64,000 nt of DNA from Mobula hypostoma (GCF_963921235.1 NC_086108.1:34536001-34600000), one strand, 5' to 3'. Shown: positions 24,331 through 37,907, numbered from the stretch's first letter. Translations and numbers: made by a program. Notes: generated by a model from the letters alone, not told the origin.

Positions 24331-24903
24331 TCACCTTTTGGCTGAGTCCATTGCAGCATTCAAAACTCAATGATAAATTCAACAATCTTGTGTAACTTGC
24401 TTTCACTGTATAGAGTCATATAACATGGGAAACAATGCCTTCGGCCCAACTGGCCCACACTGACCAAGATTCCCATTGGCACACGTATCTCTAACTTTGA
24501 GAAGGTTGGTATCGGAACTAACCAGTTCTGCTGTAGGTCAGCTATCCATCCCTAACGTCAACTAATTATTTTTCTCTCTCCACTGACACTTCTATTTCTC
24601 ACCAACCTTCCCTGCCATTCTCCCTCCCACCCCCTTACACTGGCCCATCAAACAGATGGCATCTGCAGAATCTCTTGTGTTTGTGACATAGCTTCATCAT
24701 GAGCTTTTCTCCACTCAAACCAAGTCTTCATACTTTCAGCTGTATTCTCTTTCACCCCCTCCACTCTCTCTGGATCTTAAATCAACTTATTTTCTCTCCC
24801 CATATTTATTTCAGATTTTCAGCATCTGCAGTTTAGAATATTCATTATGTGTACCAATGAATACAGTTGCTGACACCAATCACACACGGATGTTTTCTTT
24901 TAA

Positions 24904-25345
24904 AGCACACACATAGAGGAACTCAGCAGGGCGGGTAGCATCTATGGAGAGAATAAAGGGCTGATATTTGAAGCTGAGAACCTTTGTTATAAGTTATTGC
25001 CACAATATTCACAAGATACCCTGTTTACAACCTAGCCCCATTATCACCCTGCTTTTATCCTCTCAGAGACAACAGCTGAATGAGCTAACTTAATCTGCCA
25101 GTAATGGCAGTATTCAAAATGAAACATTAACTCTTTTTCTCTTCCTGCTAATGGGATCTTGCTTTGTATAAATGACTAATCTGTATCTTATCGAATAAAG
25201 CATATTTTAGCCTAGTCAGTCCCGAAGAGGGGTCTCATCCCGAAATGTCAACTCATTTCCACAGTCGCTGCTTGACCTGCAGAGTTCCTCCAGCATTTTG
25301 TGTGTGTTTCTGTGGATTTCCTGTATCTTGCAGACTCTCTCATGT
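24904..25345. mobile_element. PLE-derived fold-back (inverted-end) non-autonomous element
   Basis: Left arm gaggaactcagcagg.. and right arm ..cctgcagagttcctccagcattttgtgtgtg in opposite orientation; degenerate hammerhead remnants at ~24960-24985 and 25216-25253. Confidence 0.55.
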
Positions 25346-26639
25346 TTATCTTTAGCTTAAAAAAATAGGATTTAAATGTATTAAGATATAAAACTGGAAC
25401 AAAGCGGATTAGTTAGTTTATAACGTTGCCTTTAAACCTGGAGTCTTTTTCATTACAATGTATGTTGTCACTCTATGTAGCAGAAGTTGTAGCTTGATGA
25501 AGTAATCATAATAATGAAACATAACACATGGGATACAAGCGAAGAATGTGGTGGAGGTTGAACTCCTTGAACCCATTGACTAACTTTTGCGCATTTAATA
25601 ATAGGTTGAAGGCTGAGTTTAGCATTCCATAATTACAAACTTCTCTCGTGACCTCTGCCAATGGACAATCAATTCAAAATAGTCGTCAAAGACTTGAAAG
25701 ATATTAAGCTGTGAAAGTGCTCCAAATAGCCTTTTATTCATATAGTGTCCCCCTAGGTCATTTACAAAGGTCAGCTGTGCTTTATTGACTCTGAAGCTTT
25801 CTCCTTGCCTGTTGTGAATGAAAAGCAAAAAAAGCAAAGCATCTTAAAGAGTAAAAACGGAAAACGTTGATAATACTTAGCAGCTCAGGAAACGTATCTG
25901 AAGAGAGCAGTTTAAAGCTTCAGGACAGAACAGATTCTACCCAGTTCTGTAGAAACATGGAGCCTTGAATGCTGAGTATTTCCAGCATTGTTTCAGAATT
26001 CTAGCATCTACATTTCCTTTACGGATTTTCAAAGCATCTCAGAATTCCCGTATTTTCTTTTGATTGGTTTTCCTCTAACCATCCTCATTCATCTTTTAAT
26101 GAGATAGCTCCTAAAGCATTATGTCAGGTGGAAAACCATGATCTCCACCCAAAAAAAACAAATTCTTTGTTCTCTATCTTTCCCTTCCCCTCTCTGTGAC
26201 CTTAAACTTAATTGTTTTCTCACTTTTCAGATTTCATGGATCATTGACCTAAGACATTTTCACTTTCGATAGATGCTGCACCATCTGCTGAGTATTTCCA
26301 ATACTTTCTGCTTTTATTTCAGTGGGGTAAAAGGATCAGATCAGTTTTTAGCTTATCATTCATGGCCAATAAAATTGTATCTATATTCATTAGAGTTTTA
26401 CAGAGTCAGGAGTGATCTAATTAAATCACACGATGTGTTGGGGTGAGAGAATATTGAATGAGGTGACATGTTACAAGATTAGGGGTGGTCAATTAAAGCT
26501 GAGGTACGTGACAACAACAACTTGTGGAAAATGAGAAATCTCCAGAATTCTCTACCCCAGAGAACTGAGGGTATTTAATGATTATGTAGTCAAGTCTTTG
26601 AAAGGTTGAGGGATTGGATGGCCATGGGAACTGGCATGG

Positions 26640-27038
26640 GAGCTAGGACTTTACTCTTTGGAGAGAAGGAGGATGAGAGGAGACATGATAGAGGTGTACA
26701 AGATAATAAGAGGAATAGATAGAGTGGATAGCCAGCGCCTCTTCCCCAGGGCACCACTGCTCAATACAAGAGGACATGGCTTTAAGGTAAGGGGTGGGAA
26801 GTTCAAGGGGGATATTAGAGGAAGGTTTTTTACTCAGAGAGTGGTTGGTGCATGGAATGCACTGCCTGAGTCAGTGGTGGAGGCAGATACACTAGTGAAG
26901 TTTAAGAGACTACAAGACAGGTATATGGAGGAATTTAAGGTGGGAGCTGATATGGGAGGCAGGGTTTGAGGGTCGGCACAACATTGTGGGCCAAAGGGCC
27001 TGTACTGTGCTGTACTATTCTATGTTCTATGTTCTATG
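26640..27038 (+). mobile_element. Young CR1 3' fragment inside an older CR1 remnant
   Basis: Open ORF ERRRMRGDMIEVYKI..TRGH..FFTQRVVGAWNALP; tail (tatgttc)3. Confidence 0.95.
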
Positions 27039-27929
27039 TAGAAGAACAGACAGGGAGTGGGGCAGATCAGCCATGATCTTATTGAGTAGCAGGATAGGCT
27101 TGAGGGGTCAATGGGCCTAATCCTGCAACTATTTTCCTACCTATGTTCTTATTTCCTGCATCTTCAATTTTACTTTTTGATTTTCAAAGGCAGTGAGCTG
27201 CTTGTCAGAACCCCCAGGGAGTCCCAAAGTGATAGAAACTAAATTAAATATATTTCAAGGGCAGCCGATAGAATAAAACTGAGTTTGAGTGCAGTTCCTG
27301 AGATTTCAGCCACCCTGCCGCATTTGTGTCTGGAAATTATTTTGCAAGTAGGGTTCTCGTTGTCCCAAGAATCCATTAGCTGACAACTCAGACAGCAATT
27401 GTTAGCTGGGGAATTGCTATATTAGACTCAAATGTGGCCATGCCAGAAAATTATCCGTATAGCAAACAACAACAATGATGAGTTTAACTGAGGACAGTTC
27501 TTCCCACTAGCAAGTCGGTGTGTAGTCCATTTGGCACAAACCTCCATGTACAACTTCTCAATTTGCAGTCAATTACAGAATCGAATAATTTGAATTATAT
27601 TAACATTAGATTCTCGATTTACAGCGTTTACATTGTTAATTCAAGCCATGGTGTAATTAGAATTCTTGCAGTGCCAAAAATGCTTGGAGCTTCAAGAGCA
27701 GACATGGCAGACAGACTCTGAGGAGAGCAGGAAGATTGGGATCCTTCATATTATTGTTATAATTGCCAGCGTCGTAATTATTCGAAGCTGCAGTCTGTTT
27801 TTTTTGTTAAATCCCTGAAAACCGAGTTGAGCATAGTTTGTGGAGGAAGTGGAGAGGAGATTCACCAGTATGTTGTCTGGGATGGAACAGTTCAGTTGTG
27901 AAGAAAGACTGGGGATAATCTAAGTTTGT

Positions 27930-28360
27930 TGACATTGGAGCCATAGCTGCTGGGGTATAGGCTGGGGTCTGATGGGGGGGGGGTGTAGATAGGGTTGATA
28001 ATGAGAGAAACATTTCCCCAGAGCACCGGTGTCGAAAACATGAGGACATGGGGTCAGAGGTAAAATGTTGAGAGGAGATCTGAGGAAGAACCAATTTATC
28101 CAGGGCATGATTGGATATTGGGACGCACTGCCTGAGAGGCGGTCACAGCATTTAAGAAATAGCTAGATCAGGGGTTCCCAACCATTAATTGAGGGGTCAC
28201 TGGATCCCAGAATGGGAACCCATGAGCTGGATGAACACTTGATATTTGCCTCTAGTGCTTTGGGGATTCAAGTGCTGGTAGACAGGACTAGTGTCGATAG
28301 GTTCTTGTAGGTCAGATTGGACACGCTGGGCTGAACTGCCCATTTCTTTGCTGTCGTAGC
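27930..28360 (+). mobile_element. Old CR1 3' fragment
   Basis: gaggacatggggtcagaggtaa..gagatctgaggaagaac..tccagggcatg (RGH..RKN..QG remnants). Confidence 0.55.
28169..28224. mobile_element. Tiny hAT/Charlie-type MITE
   Basis: Ends caggggttccca / tgggaacccatg; 8-bp TSD agctagat/agctggat. Confidence 0.75.
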
Positions 28361-29597
28361 CACAGAGTTGTACAGCATAGAAACAGGTAATTCAACCCAC
28401 CATCTCCACACTGAGCAGTGTTAGTCCTACCTTCAGCACTTCAGTGTCTGGAAAATTTAGCTGATTGTCTAGTGTGGGTCCAAAAGTGTGTGATATTGCC
28501 CCCCCCCCCAGGGGCAGTGGGAGATTCTAAGGGGGTAGTGGGTAGGTACTGGGTAGCAAGGGGGAAACTGAGGGATTACAGGCTTAATTTAAGATATTAA
28601 TTACTTACAAGCATTTGGTTGTCAGTGCCTCATAATTGATTACAATGGTCACGTAATCACCTCATCTCTTGCTAACCCTCTGTTCTCTTAGACTTGGCTT
28701 GAAGTGTGTTATACATTGAAAAGCAATATGACACTTCTGTATTTGCCACATCATGAGAAATCTGGGCTGAAGAGATTCTGTTATTTCTGGGCCCAGCCCA
28801 CACATTATTACTGTTCATTACTGTGGTACAGTGTTAGCTGGTATGATCCCCAAACTCTAATCACTGTGAATTTGGATATGCTGTTCCACATCAGAATCTG
28901 CTTTCTCGATTAGTCTTGACTGCATTTCTCTGGTCCAAGGCCCAACTGAGATTTTACTGTCCCACTTTTACTGTCAGGCAGAGGGTCAGGTTTTGCCTGT
29001 GCTGTGATGACATCGTGTCTTTCCCCTTTATTGATTGCAACACTTGACGTTGGACTTAAACAACAGGCGATTAATTGAAATCATTAATCCATAACGAAAG
29101 TAGCAGAAACAGACCAAATGATATTTGAGTATGGTTTTGCATGGGTCGCCAGACCAAATAATTAGATTGATTTCACTCAGGCAACTCTTTTCAAAGAGAA
29201 ACAGATGAAATGCCTGAGAATGTGAAAGAGACATTGTGCAACATACTTAGGACAACAGAATTTGCTCTGCAGTTGGATGAGCCGGCTTTACCTGGCAGCA
29301 AATCTTTGCTTCTTGGTTATGGCTCCTTCATAAAAGAAAAAAAAACACGGTTCAAGAGTTGTTATTTGCAAGTGGACTAGAACCAGATATGAAAGGGAGT
29401 CAATATTTTGGGTTGTTGAGCAGCATTTCAAAGAGAAGGACATTTGGCTCACTAACATTCTAGCTTGTGCAACAGATGGGGTGCCATGAATGACAGGACA
29501 CTACTGTGGGGTTATTAGTTTCTTGAAAAAAGCTGTACCTAACATATTTACTATTCACTGTGTAATTCACAGATGACATCTTGTCACAAGAAACCTA

Positions 29598-30733
29598 AGT
29601 GCTGTTCATTGACTTAAGTTGGGCATTCAATACTGTGATCCCCTCCAAGCTGATCGCCAAACTTCGCCAGCTTAGCATCAGCTCATCCCTCTGCAATCGG
29701 ACCTTGGACATTCTGACTAACAGACCCCAATCAGTTAAGTTAGACAACCTCTCCTCCTCCACTCTCACCCTGAACACTGGGTGCCTCAAGGCTGTGTGCT
29801 GAGCCCTTTTCACCTATGACTGTGTTCCTGTACATGGTTCTAACTCCATAATCAAGTTCGCAGACAACACCACGGTGGTTTGTCTGATCAGGGAGGACGA
29901 CAAGATGGCCTACGGGAACGAGGTCCAGCACCTGGCCGCGTGGTGTGCTGACAACAACCTGGCCCTTAACACCCAGAAGACCAAGGAGATCACTGTGGAC
30001 TTCAGGCATGCTAGGTGCCACACTCACGTCCCCATCTACATCAATGGGGCTGTAGTGGAGCGTGTATCAAGCTTCGAATTCCTTGGTGTCCACATTTCCG
30101 AGGATCTCACCTGATCCCTGAACTCCATCCTGATCAAAAAGGCGCAACAGCACCTTTATCTTCTGCGGAGCATCAAGAAAGCTCACCTCTGTCCCAAGAT
30201 ACTGACGGACTTTTACCGCTGTACCATTGAGAGCATACTCACCAACTGCACCTTAGTGTGGTATGGCAATTGTTCCGTATCGGACTGCAAAGCACTCCAG
30301 CGTGTGGTGAAAACTGCCCAGCGGATTATTGACACCCAATTGCCCACCATTGAGAACATCTACCATAAACGCTGCCTGGGCAGGGCAAAAAGCATTATCA
30401 AGGATGCGTCTCAGCCTAAACATGGACTTTTTACTCTCCTCCCATCCGGTAAGCGCTACAGGAGCCTCCGCTCCCGCACCAGCAGGCACAAGAAGAGCTT
30501 CTTCCCTGAGGCTGTGACCCTGCTCAACCTCACATCACAGCGCTAAGCAGTATTGCATCATATTGTACTGTCTCAATACTTTTATATTTGTGTGCTGTAG
30601 TACTTACTTTTTATTCACAGTTATTTTGTAAATAACACTATTCTTTGCATTTCTGGTCAGATGCTAACTGCATTTCATTGGCTTTGTATCTGTACTCAGC
30701 ACAATGACAATAAAGTTGAATCTAATCTAATCT
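29598..30733 (+). mobile_element. Rex1/Babar-type LINE, 5'-truncated
   Basis: [61 protein letters not shown]; tail aataaagttgaatctaatctaatct. Confidence 0.95.
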
Positions 30734-31224
30734 AAAAAGAATGATCAGTAGCACAAATAATTAAACACTGTTGTCACAGTGGTAAATAAAATCAAGTTCC
30801 ATGCTTTCAATTCACAACTATTTCGAAAGCTTTGTATTGAGAATGATTAACAGTTTGAATGCTTGCTGTAGCACACAGAAGTCAGATGGTTCTCAAAAGG
30901 AAACTACCTGAGGTATTTTTATGTGCATTGTAAAATTGTGATAAAATGCTTTGAAAGCTTGAATGTTTCATTCAGTAATCAACTTAAGAGTATAAGGCAT
31001 GACATTGCTTATTTGTCAGAATTTTTCATAAAGTTTAATGAAATAATTCTTGAATTACAAGGAAATGATATGAATCTTATCAAAAACATCAGTTGTCTCC
31101 ACATTTCTGTCCAATTTAGTCTTTTTAAGTGCAACATTGGCTGCTGCAACCTGTTCCAATCTCTTAGCCTCTGAGTTGGAAGAGAAAGAAGGAATACTAG
31201 ATGATGATCTTTAAGTGCCCACCT

Positions 31225-31540
31225 GTTTTTTTTCAAAATATATTCAAAAATAAAATTATATGCAATAAACCATTCAATGACTCTCAATCCTTTACATGTG
31301 TTTCCCTTGTGGTCTCTACATATCCATACTTTTGGCCACCCACATGGCACTCCATTGGTTCACCTTACCATACCATTGTTGAGGGGTATACTCCCCGCCA
31401 CCCGACGCTCCCACACTCCCGCGGGAGAAGAACCCTAAACTGTGGTCCTTCCCCTCTGGGCCCTTGCGGTGGCTGCACCAAGTTTTAGCACATCCCTCAG
31501 CACGTACTCCTGCAGCCAAGACTGTGCCAGTCGGCAGCAT
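31225..31540 (-). mobile_element. Tx1-like LINE 3' end
   Basis: rc encodes LQEYVLRDVLKLGAATARAQ..TTV*; poly(T) run at 31225 is the rc of the poly(A) tail. Confidence 0.75.
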
Positions 31541-32407
31541 TCTTTTTTTTAATTTTGAGTTGTGAGTTTTTATTTTTTTAATTCTGGTTGAGTTGCATAA
31601 AGACATGTTAGAGAGATTTCAGGACCTTCTTTTGATCCAAGTTGCAGATTGGGTAATAAATCTCTACAGTCCTGAACACTTGTAATGAGGAACTAACAGG
31701 AAAGATGGAGGAACTAAAGCCAAGGTTCAAAAAATTATATGGAGACTTTTGGTTGTGGAAGGAAATCTCCAAATACTATCCTGAACTGTGGAAAAATGCC
31801 AAGATGTTCTTTATTGCCTTCTCTCAACTTCTTTCAAAGCAATGAAACACATTGCAACTTACTGATGTGGAGTTCTGAGACTCCATCTGAGTGACATTCA
31901 GCCTGTTGTTCAGCAGCTGAAAATTGTTTTTACTGTAATTAAAAAAAAATAATTTTGTTTGTAGCTTTAAATAGATTTGAATAATTTTCACTATTATTTG
32001 TCACTGCTTTGAATTTGGGTTCTTATTTTCTTTTAATTGTGCATCATAAATCAAAATTCTTTATAATTTTTATCTAATGGCCAGAAAGGAAGGGGGGATG
32101 TGGTCCGCTAACCCAGAAAAGTTTGGGAACCACTGGGCTAGACACTCATTCTGCTTCCACTATTCCCTCGGGCAGCGTATTCCAGGTTCTGAGCAGTCTT
32201 TGGTATTACTGTGAGGTGATGAAGTTCATCACACTCACAGAAATATCACACTCCATGTATCAATTATTGTAAGCGCTTTCAACTCTTTCACCATGGGAAA
32301 AAGTACCGTATAACAGAAATATTGAAGGTTAACTTTAACAGCTTGCTTTTTTATTTCTCAAAGTGCTTCAGTGTCAAACAGCTACTTGTGAAATGCAGGC
32401 ATAAACA

Positions 32408-33462
32408 AGATCAGAGCCCATGGAATTACAGGAAAGTTACATACGTGGATAGAGCGTTGGCTGATTGGCAGGAAACGGGGTGGGAATAAAGGGATCCCAT
32501 TCTGGTTGGCTGCCAGTTACCAGTGGTATTCCACAGGGGTCCGTGTTGGGGCTGCTTCTTTTTACGTTGTACATCAACGATTTGGATTATGGAATAGGTG
32601 GCTTTGTGGCTAAGTTTGCTGATGATACAAAGATAGGTGGAGGGGCCGGTAGTGCCGAGGAAACAGAGAGTCTGCAGAGAGACTTGGATAGATTGGAAGA
32701 ATGGGCAAAGAAGTGGCAAATGAAATACAATGTTGGGAAGTGTATGGTTATGCACTTTGGAAGAAGAAATAAACGGGCAGACTATTATTTAAATGGGGAG
32801 AGAATTCAAAATTCTGAGATGCAACAGGACTTGGGAGTTCTCGTGCAGGATACCCTTAAGGTTAACCTCCAGGTTGAGTCAGTGGTGAAGATAGCGAATG
32901 CAATGTTGGCATTCATTTCTAGAGGAATAGAGTATAGGAGCAGGGATGTGATGTTGAGGCTTGATAAGGCACTGGTAAGACCTCACTTGGAGTACTGTGT
33001 GCAGTTTTGGGCTCCTTATTTAAGAAAGGATGTGCTGACATTGGAGAGGGTACAGAGAAGATTCACTAGAATGATTCGGGAATGAGAGGGTTAACATATG
33101 AGGAACGTTTGACCGCTCTTGGACTGTACTCCTAGGAGTTTAGAAGAATAAGGGGGGACCTCATAGAAACATTTCAAATGTTGAAAGGCATGAACAGAGT
33201 GGATCAGAGATGTGAAGAAATTTTTTTAACCAGAGGGTGGTGAATCTATGGAATTTGTTGCCACGGGCAGCAGTGGAGGCCAAGTCATTGGGTGTATTTA
33301 AGGCAGAGATTGATAGGTATCTGAGTAGCCAAGGCATCAAAGGTTATGGTGAGAGGGCGGGGGAGTGGGACTAAATGGGAGAATGGATCAGCTCATGATA
33401 AAATGGTGGAGCAGACTTGATGGGCCGAATGGCTGCCTTCTGCCCTTTGTCTTATGGTCTTG
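32408..33462 (+). mobile_element. CR1 LINE fragment with a 206-aa open RT segment
   Basis: SGIPQGSVLG..KFADDTK..VRPHLEYCVQFWAP; internal deletion near 33205. Confidence 0.95.
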
Positions 33463-33646
33463 TCTTGTTTTATGTTCTGATATGTGAAAAGCAGCATCCT
33501 AGTTGTCCTCAACAGTGTTTCTGCTCTTGAAGGACAGTGCCTCTGTTGGTGCAGTGCTCTTTCAATATTGATCTGGGGTATCAGCCAAGATATCTGTTTT
33601 GGTTTATTATTGATACAGAGGAGAAAGTTCTGTAAGCCATCGATAC

Positions 33647-33778
33647 GTGGTAGCTTAGCAGCTAGCGTAACGCAATTACAGCACCAGTGATCCAAGTTAA
33701 ATTTTGCCACTGTCTGTAAGGGATTTGTACATTCTCCTCATGACCATGTGGGTTTTCCAGGGTGTTCCAGGTATCTCT
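33647..33778 (+). mobile_element. tRNA-derived V-SINE-like element
   Basis: tRNA-like head (tagcttagcagctagcg..agttaaatt) followed by ctgtctgtaagggatttgtacattctcc..gtgggttttcc. Confidence 0.6.
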
Positions 33779-34874
33779 AAATAAAAATAGATAAAAGATC
33801 AATTCAAATCATATGTACATTGAGATAGTAGAAGGGAAAATCAATACCATAATGAAAAATATAGCATAACTGTTAAAACATGAAGTGCAGGTGGGCAATA
33901 AGGTACCATGATGAAGAAGATTGCAAGGTCAAGAATTCATCTCCAACATGCAAGAGGTCCTTAAGAGTCAAGTTCTAGGGATGAGGCATAAAAAGAGAAA
34001 ATGCATAGCAAATTAGACAGTAGACAAGAGTTGCACGTCAATGGCCCTTCACTGGACCTGCTTCTCTCCCCTCAGATGCTACTTCATCTGCTGTGCATTC
34101 CTTGCGTTTTCTTTCTTTATTTCAGATCCCCATCATCTGCGGTATTTTATTATTCAGTCTCTGAAGTGCATCATCGGCTCTTGTGCTGCTGATGCGGAAC
34201 ATGACTGCATTTTTCTGCCCGTAATGACAACTCTTGCCCTACAGCAAAATGCAATCCTCCCACTTTACTGATAACTCTCTGGCAATGGTTTCAATAAATG
34301 TCGAGATTAATTGTTAAATCACGACAATGCAGTGTCAGTGCCCTCATGAGTGAAATTAAGCGCTGCAAGGTGCTTCACAACATTGTATTAAACAGAAGTT
34401 AACTAGAGCCTCAAGAGGCAATAAGGAGATATGAAGAAAACTTGGTCAGAGAAGTGGCAGCCAGACAGGAGCCGGATGAAAGGTTTAGGGATGTTATTGC
34501 TGAGTTCAGTACTTAAACAACTAATAACATGGACTTCAATGATGAAGGAATGGAAATCAATGGTACACAAAATAGCTGAAACTAAAGGAGATAAGACACC
34601 TTGAAAAGTTGGTAGATGCAGTTGCAGGTTTCAGGAGGGGCAGTTGACTTTGTTATGGAGGGACAGTGGAACTTGGACACATGATGCAAGCTTTATGACT
34701 GAGGTTTTGCCAGACCAAGAGCAAAGTGTTGGAAATTGTGCCAGTGCAATGGGGTGCATGTAGAGGCATTGAAGCTGTCTTGGTTTTGAGAGGGACATTG
34801 AGCCGTTGGGTACTGACCCATAAGCATATATCTTGAATGTGTTTTACGATGAGGAGAGGTGAGGATTCCATGCC

Positions 34875-35630
34875 GTGGTACCACACAACATCCTCCTGCC
34901 ACCCTACCAGGGTTCAGTTCCTCTTGTCCTCACCTACCACCCCACCAGCCTGCGCATCCAGCGCATGGTTCTCCGGAATGTCTGTCATCCCCAAAAGGAT
35001 CCCACCACCAGGCACATCTTTCCCTCCCCCCCCCCATTTTCTGCTTTTCTCAGGGATCGCTCCCTACGCAATTTCCTTATTCATTTGTCCCTCCCCACTG
35101 ATATCCCTCCTGGTACTTACCCTTGCAAGCGGAATAAATGCTACACCTGCCCCTACACCTTCTCCTTTGCCAAACTTCATCTGTAAGTCTGTTGGGGTCA
35201 TATACTGTGTCCGGTGTTCCCAGTGTGGCCTCCTGTATATCGGTGAGACCCAACGTAGATTGGGAGACTGTTTCACCAAGCACCTACGCTCCATCCGCCA
35301 GAAGAAGTGGGATCTCCCAGTGGCCGGCCGTTTTAATACCACTTCCCATTCATATTCCGATATGTCAATCCATGGCCACCTCTACTGTCGTAATGAGACC
35401 ACACTCAGGTTGGAGGAACAACACCTTGTATTCCCTAGGTAGGCTCCAATCGGATGGCATGAACATCGATTTCACAAACTTCTGGTAACGGCCCACCGGC
35501 CCTCTCCTTCACCATCCTCCTTTCCCTTTTCCCTCTCTCATCTTATCTCCTTGCCTGCCCATCGCCTCCTTCTGGTGCTCCTCCTCCAACCCCCCCCCCC
35601 CCCTTTTCTTTCTTCCATGACCTTTCTTCC
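34875..35630 (+). mobile_element. Penelope-like element GIY-YIG fragment
   Basis: PLVLTYHPTS and VIYCVRCSQCGLLYIGETQRRLGDCF..RLEEQHL. Confidence 0.93.
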
Positions 35631-35904
35631 TATGAACATTGATCATAAGCTGGGGATATTTCCCACTTTGTTCCTCACTGTGTTTGAGAAAGAAGTGAAA
35701 TGGTATTTGAACAGTCAACTATTGGCATGGGATACTCTTGTTCATTTGTTTCAAACTGAAATTTAACCAGTTACAGCAGGTCAATTTTTACCACAGTCAT
35801 GTATGATAACAGTCTGATGGGTTCAATCTTGTGACATACTGTATTCATACGCTTAGCCAAATACGGGTGCTATGAAGCAATATGGCAAGGAATGAATGGA
35901 CAAA

Positions 35905-35975
35905 GTTATATAGACATATAGTTATATAGAGTTATAGACTTATTTAGTTATAAAGTCATACAGAGTTCTATTGAC
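35905..35975. repeat. Degenerate ~8-bp tandem repeat (gttataga)n
   Basis: gttatata gacatata gttatata gagttata gacttatt ta gttataaa gtcataca; may be an old CR1 tail. Confidence 0.5.
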
Positions 35976-37013
35976 TCCAAGTAATAGTATTGGTGAAGCC
36001 CTGTAACTTACGTTCAAATTTGACTTTAGTTCGAATCCAGGTATGAATAACCTCCAAGAAATTTTTGAACTATAATAGCAGCATTTAGAAGGTCATTCAG
36101 AACATCATCCATGCATCAATCAGGAGTATGCAGATGCACTCTGCCTTTATAGATGATTACTTTCACCTGTCAAATCATTTGATATAAATTCTTTTGTATT
36201 GAATATTTCAGTGAAAAGGGGAGAGAAAATGAATTTTGATGTTGGAATTCCCTTCCTCCATCTTTTCCTCTTTTTTTTTTGCATTTTTAGGACATTATAT
36301 TGTCTGCCTGGAATTGTTAGTTATGCCTGTTACAGGCTGTTAGGCTGCTGACTAAAATTTGCCTCTTTGACCAGCTCTGCAAAAAGCTTTACTGGGAATC
36401 ATACATTTGTAATTAAACTAATATAGTTATGGTGGTTTCTAGTTGAACAGCCTTGCGTGCTGCATAGTGGGGCAGGAAGGATTTTGTATGGCTCTATTAG
36501 TCAACCACTGGCTGCCTTGATATCCTTAATCATATATTAATAGACTTAAACCATAACCCAGTTCATCTGTTCCCTTTATTATCATTGGCAGGTCCTTTTG
36601 AAGATTGATTGTTTGGACCTTGGGGATTTTTCAAGGATGCAATTCTGCTTATAATGGAGTAGAATATGTTCTTTATTACTGTTGGAGGCTTATTTGGAAA
36701 GATTGTTTAGACGAACAGCAGGTTTATATTTGACAATTTGCATCCTTTTACAGGGGTTTCCTGATGTTGCATACCCAAGGAATCTTTTCAGACCCTTGTG
36801 GGAATTTCTGTTAAGTACGGCAAATCACCTTGAATTTCCTGGCTCCACAAATCCAAGTCTTCATGTCTTGAGATTTCCATTCTGCTGTCAGTTTGCTGTT
36901 CGTTCATCTCTACAAATGGCATCACGTATGATTAAATCTCTGCTTTTGTTAATCACCCTAGGGCCTTTGTTGGTCAATACAAAGCTGCAATATTTCTTTC
37001 GATTACAGTGTAG

Positions 37014-37558
37014 CAGACAGCCCACCTCTCCCAGAAGTTTCAGGAGTCTCCCGCATATTAATAGTGGCTCCCTGATGCCCGCAAATTATATACAATATCA
37101 CGGAAATCAATTTTTTTGAGCGAGTGAGCGAGAGAAAGCAAGAGAGAGCGCGAAAGCAACCACGAGAGAGAGAGAGTGAGAGCAAGCAAGAGCGCGAGAG
37201 CGCGCCATGGCAGAGTGTTCCAAAAATAGAAGATATAAAACGTACGTCACCGCAGACTGCACTAAAGTGTACCCCTGCTTAATAGGGGTCAAAATAATGA
37301 CAGTGTTGCTCGCTGCACTGTTTGCAACAGTGACTTTTCTATTGCCCATGGTGGGTTAAGACTGTAAAAGACATGTTGAGGTGAGTTTAACAGTTGTCAT
37401 TCGTTCATTAGCATAGCTAACGTTATTTAAACTAGCTGGCCAGCTGCTAAGGAGCTACTCTATTGCAGACATCCCACCTCTCCCGGAAGTTCCAGGAGTC
37501 TCCTGTAAATTGATGGTGCTACCTCCCTGAAATGAGTTTTTGCAGGGTGGGATGTCTG
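37014..37558. mobile_element. Non-autonomous DNA transposon with 13-bp TIR and 6-bp TSD
   Basis: cagacagcccacc / ggtgggatgtctg; gtgtag duplicated at 37008-37013 and 37559-37564; internal second left end at 37466. Confidence 0.8.
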
Positions 37559-37907
37559 GTGTAGGCACATCACATGTCAAAGGATAAAAATATTTCTTCC
37601 ATTTGTGCTTTATTAGTGAAATTAATTGCCCCATGGTGATTCATAAAGTGGGGGGGAGATGTTTATGGCTTATCAGGGGTTAAGAAGCTGCAGAGAGGTC
37701 AGTCTTTAAGAATATATGAATGTCCAAGTGATCAATGAGCCTTCAGGTTTGCTGTCGTTGAATAGAATCTTGGTTATTCTGATTTCCCCTTCATGTCTGC
37801 ATTCTTGCCCACTCATACTTACTGCATATGTATTGACCTCTCCCTTAAAAAAATAGTCAAAGGCTGCAGTGTTTGAGGAGAGCAATGTAGGAATTGACAT
37901 GATTACT

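Larger units (their letters stand above)
29160..32135 (+). pseudogene. Buster/Charlie (ZBED8/SCAND3-like) hAT transposase fossil, interrupted twice
   Basis: Decoded motifs FALQLDE, ATDG, HCVIHR and HTEVRWFSKG; right TIR-like gtttgggaaccactg at 32121-32135 followed by ggctagac. Confidence 0.85.

Noticed and set aside
34299..34326. Imperfect palindrome tgtcgagatt..aatcacgaca
   Set aside because: Short and isolated; expected by chance in 64 kb.
35905..35975. Short periodic repeats as a CRISPR-like array
   Set aside because: No unique spacers; a degenerate 8-bp microsatellite.
36682..37119. 145-aa ORF
   Set aside because: Non-ATG start, no recognisable domain, and it runs into a DNA transposon.
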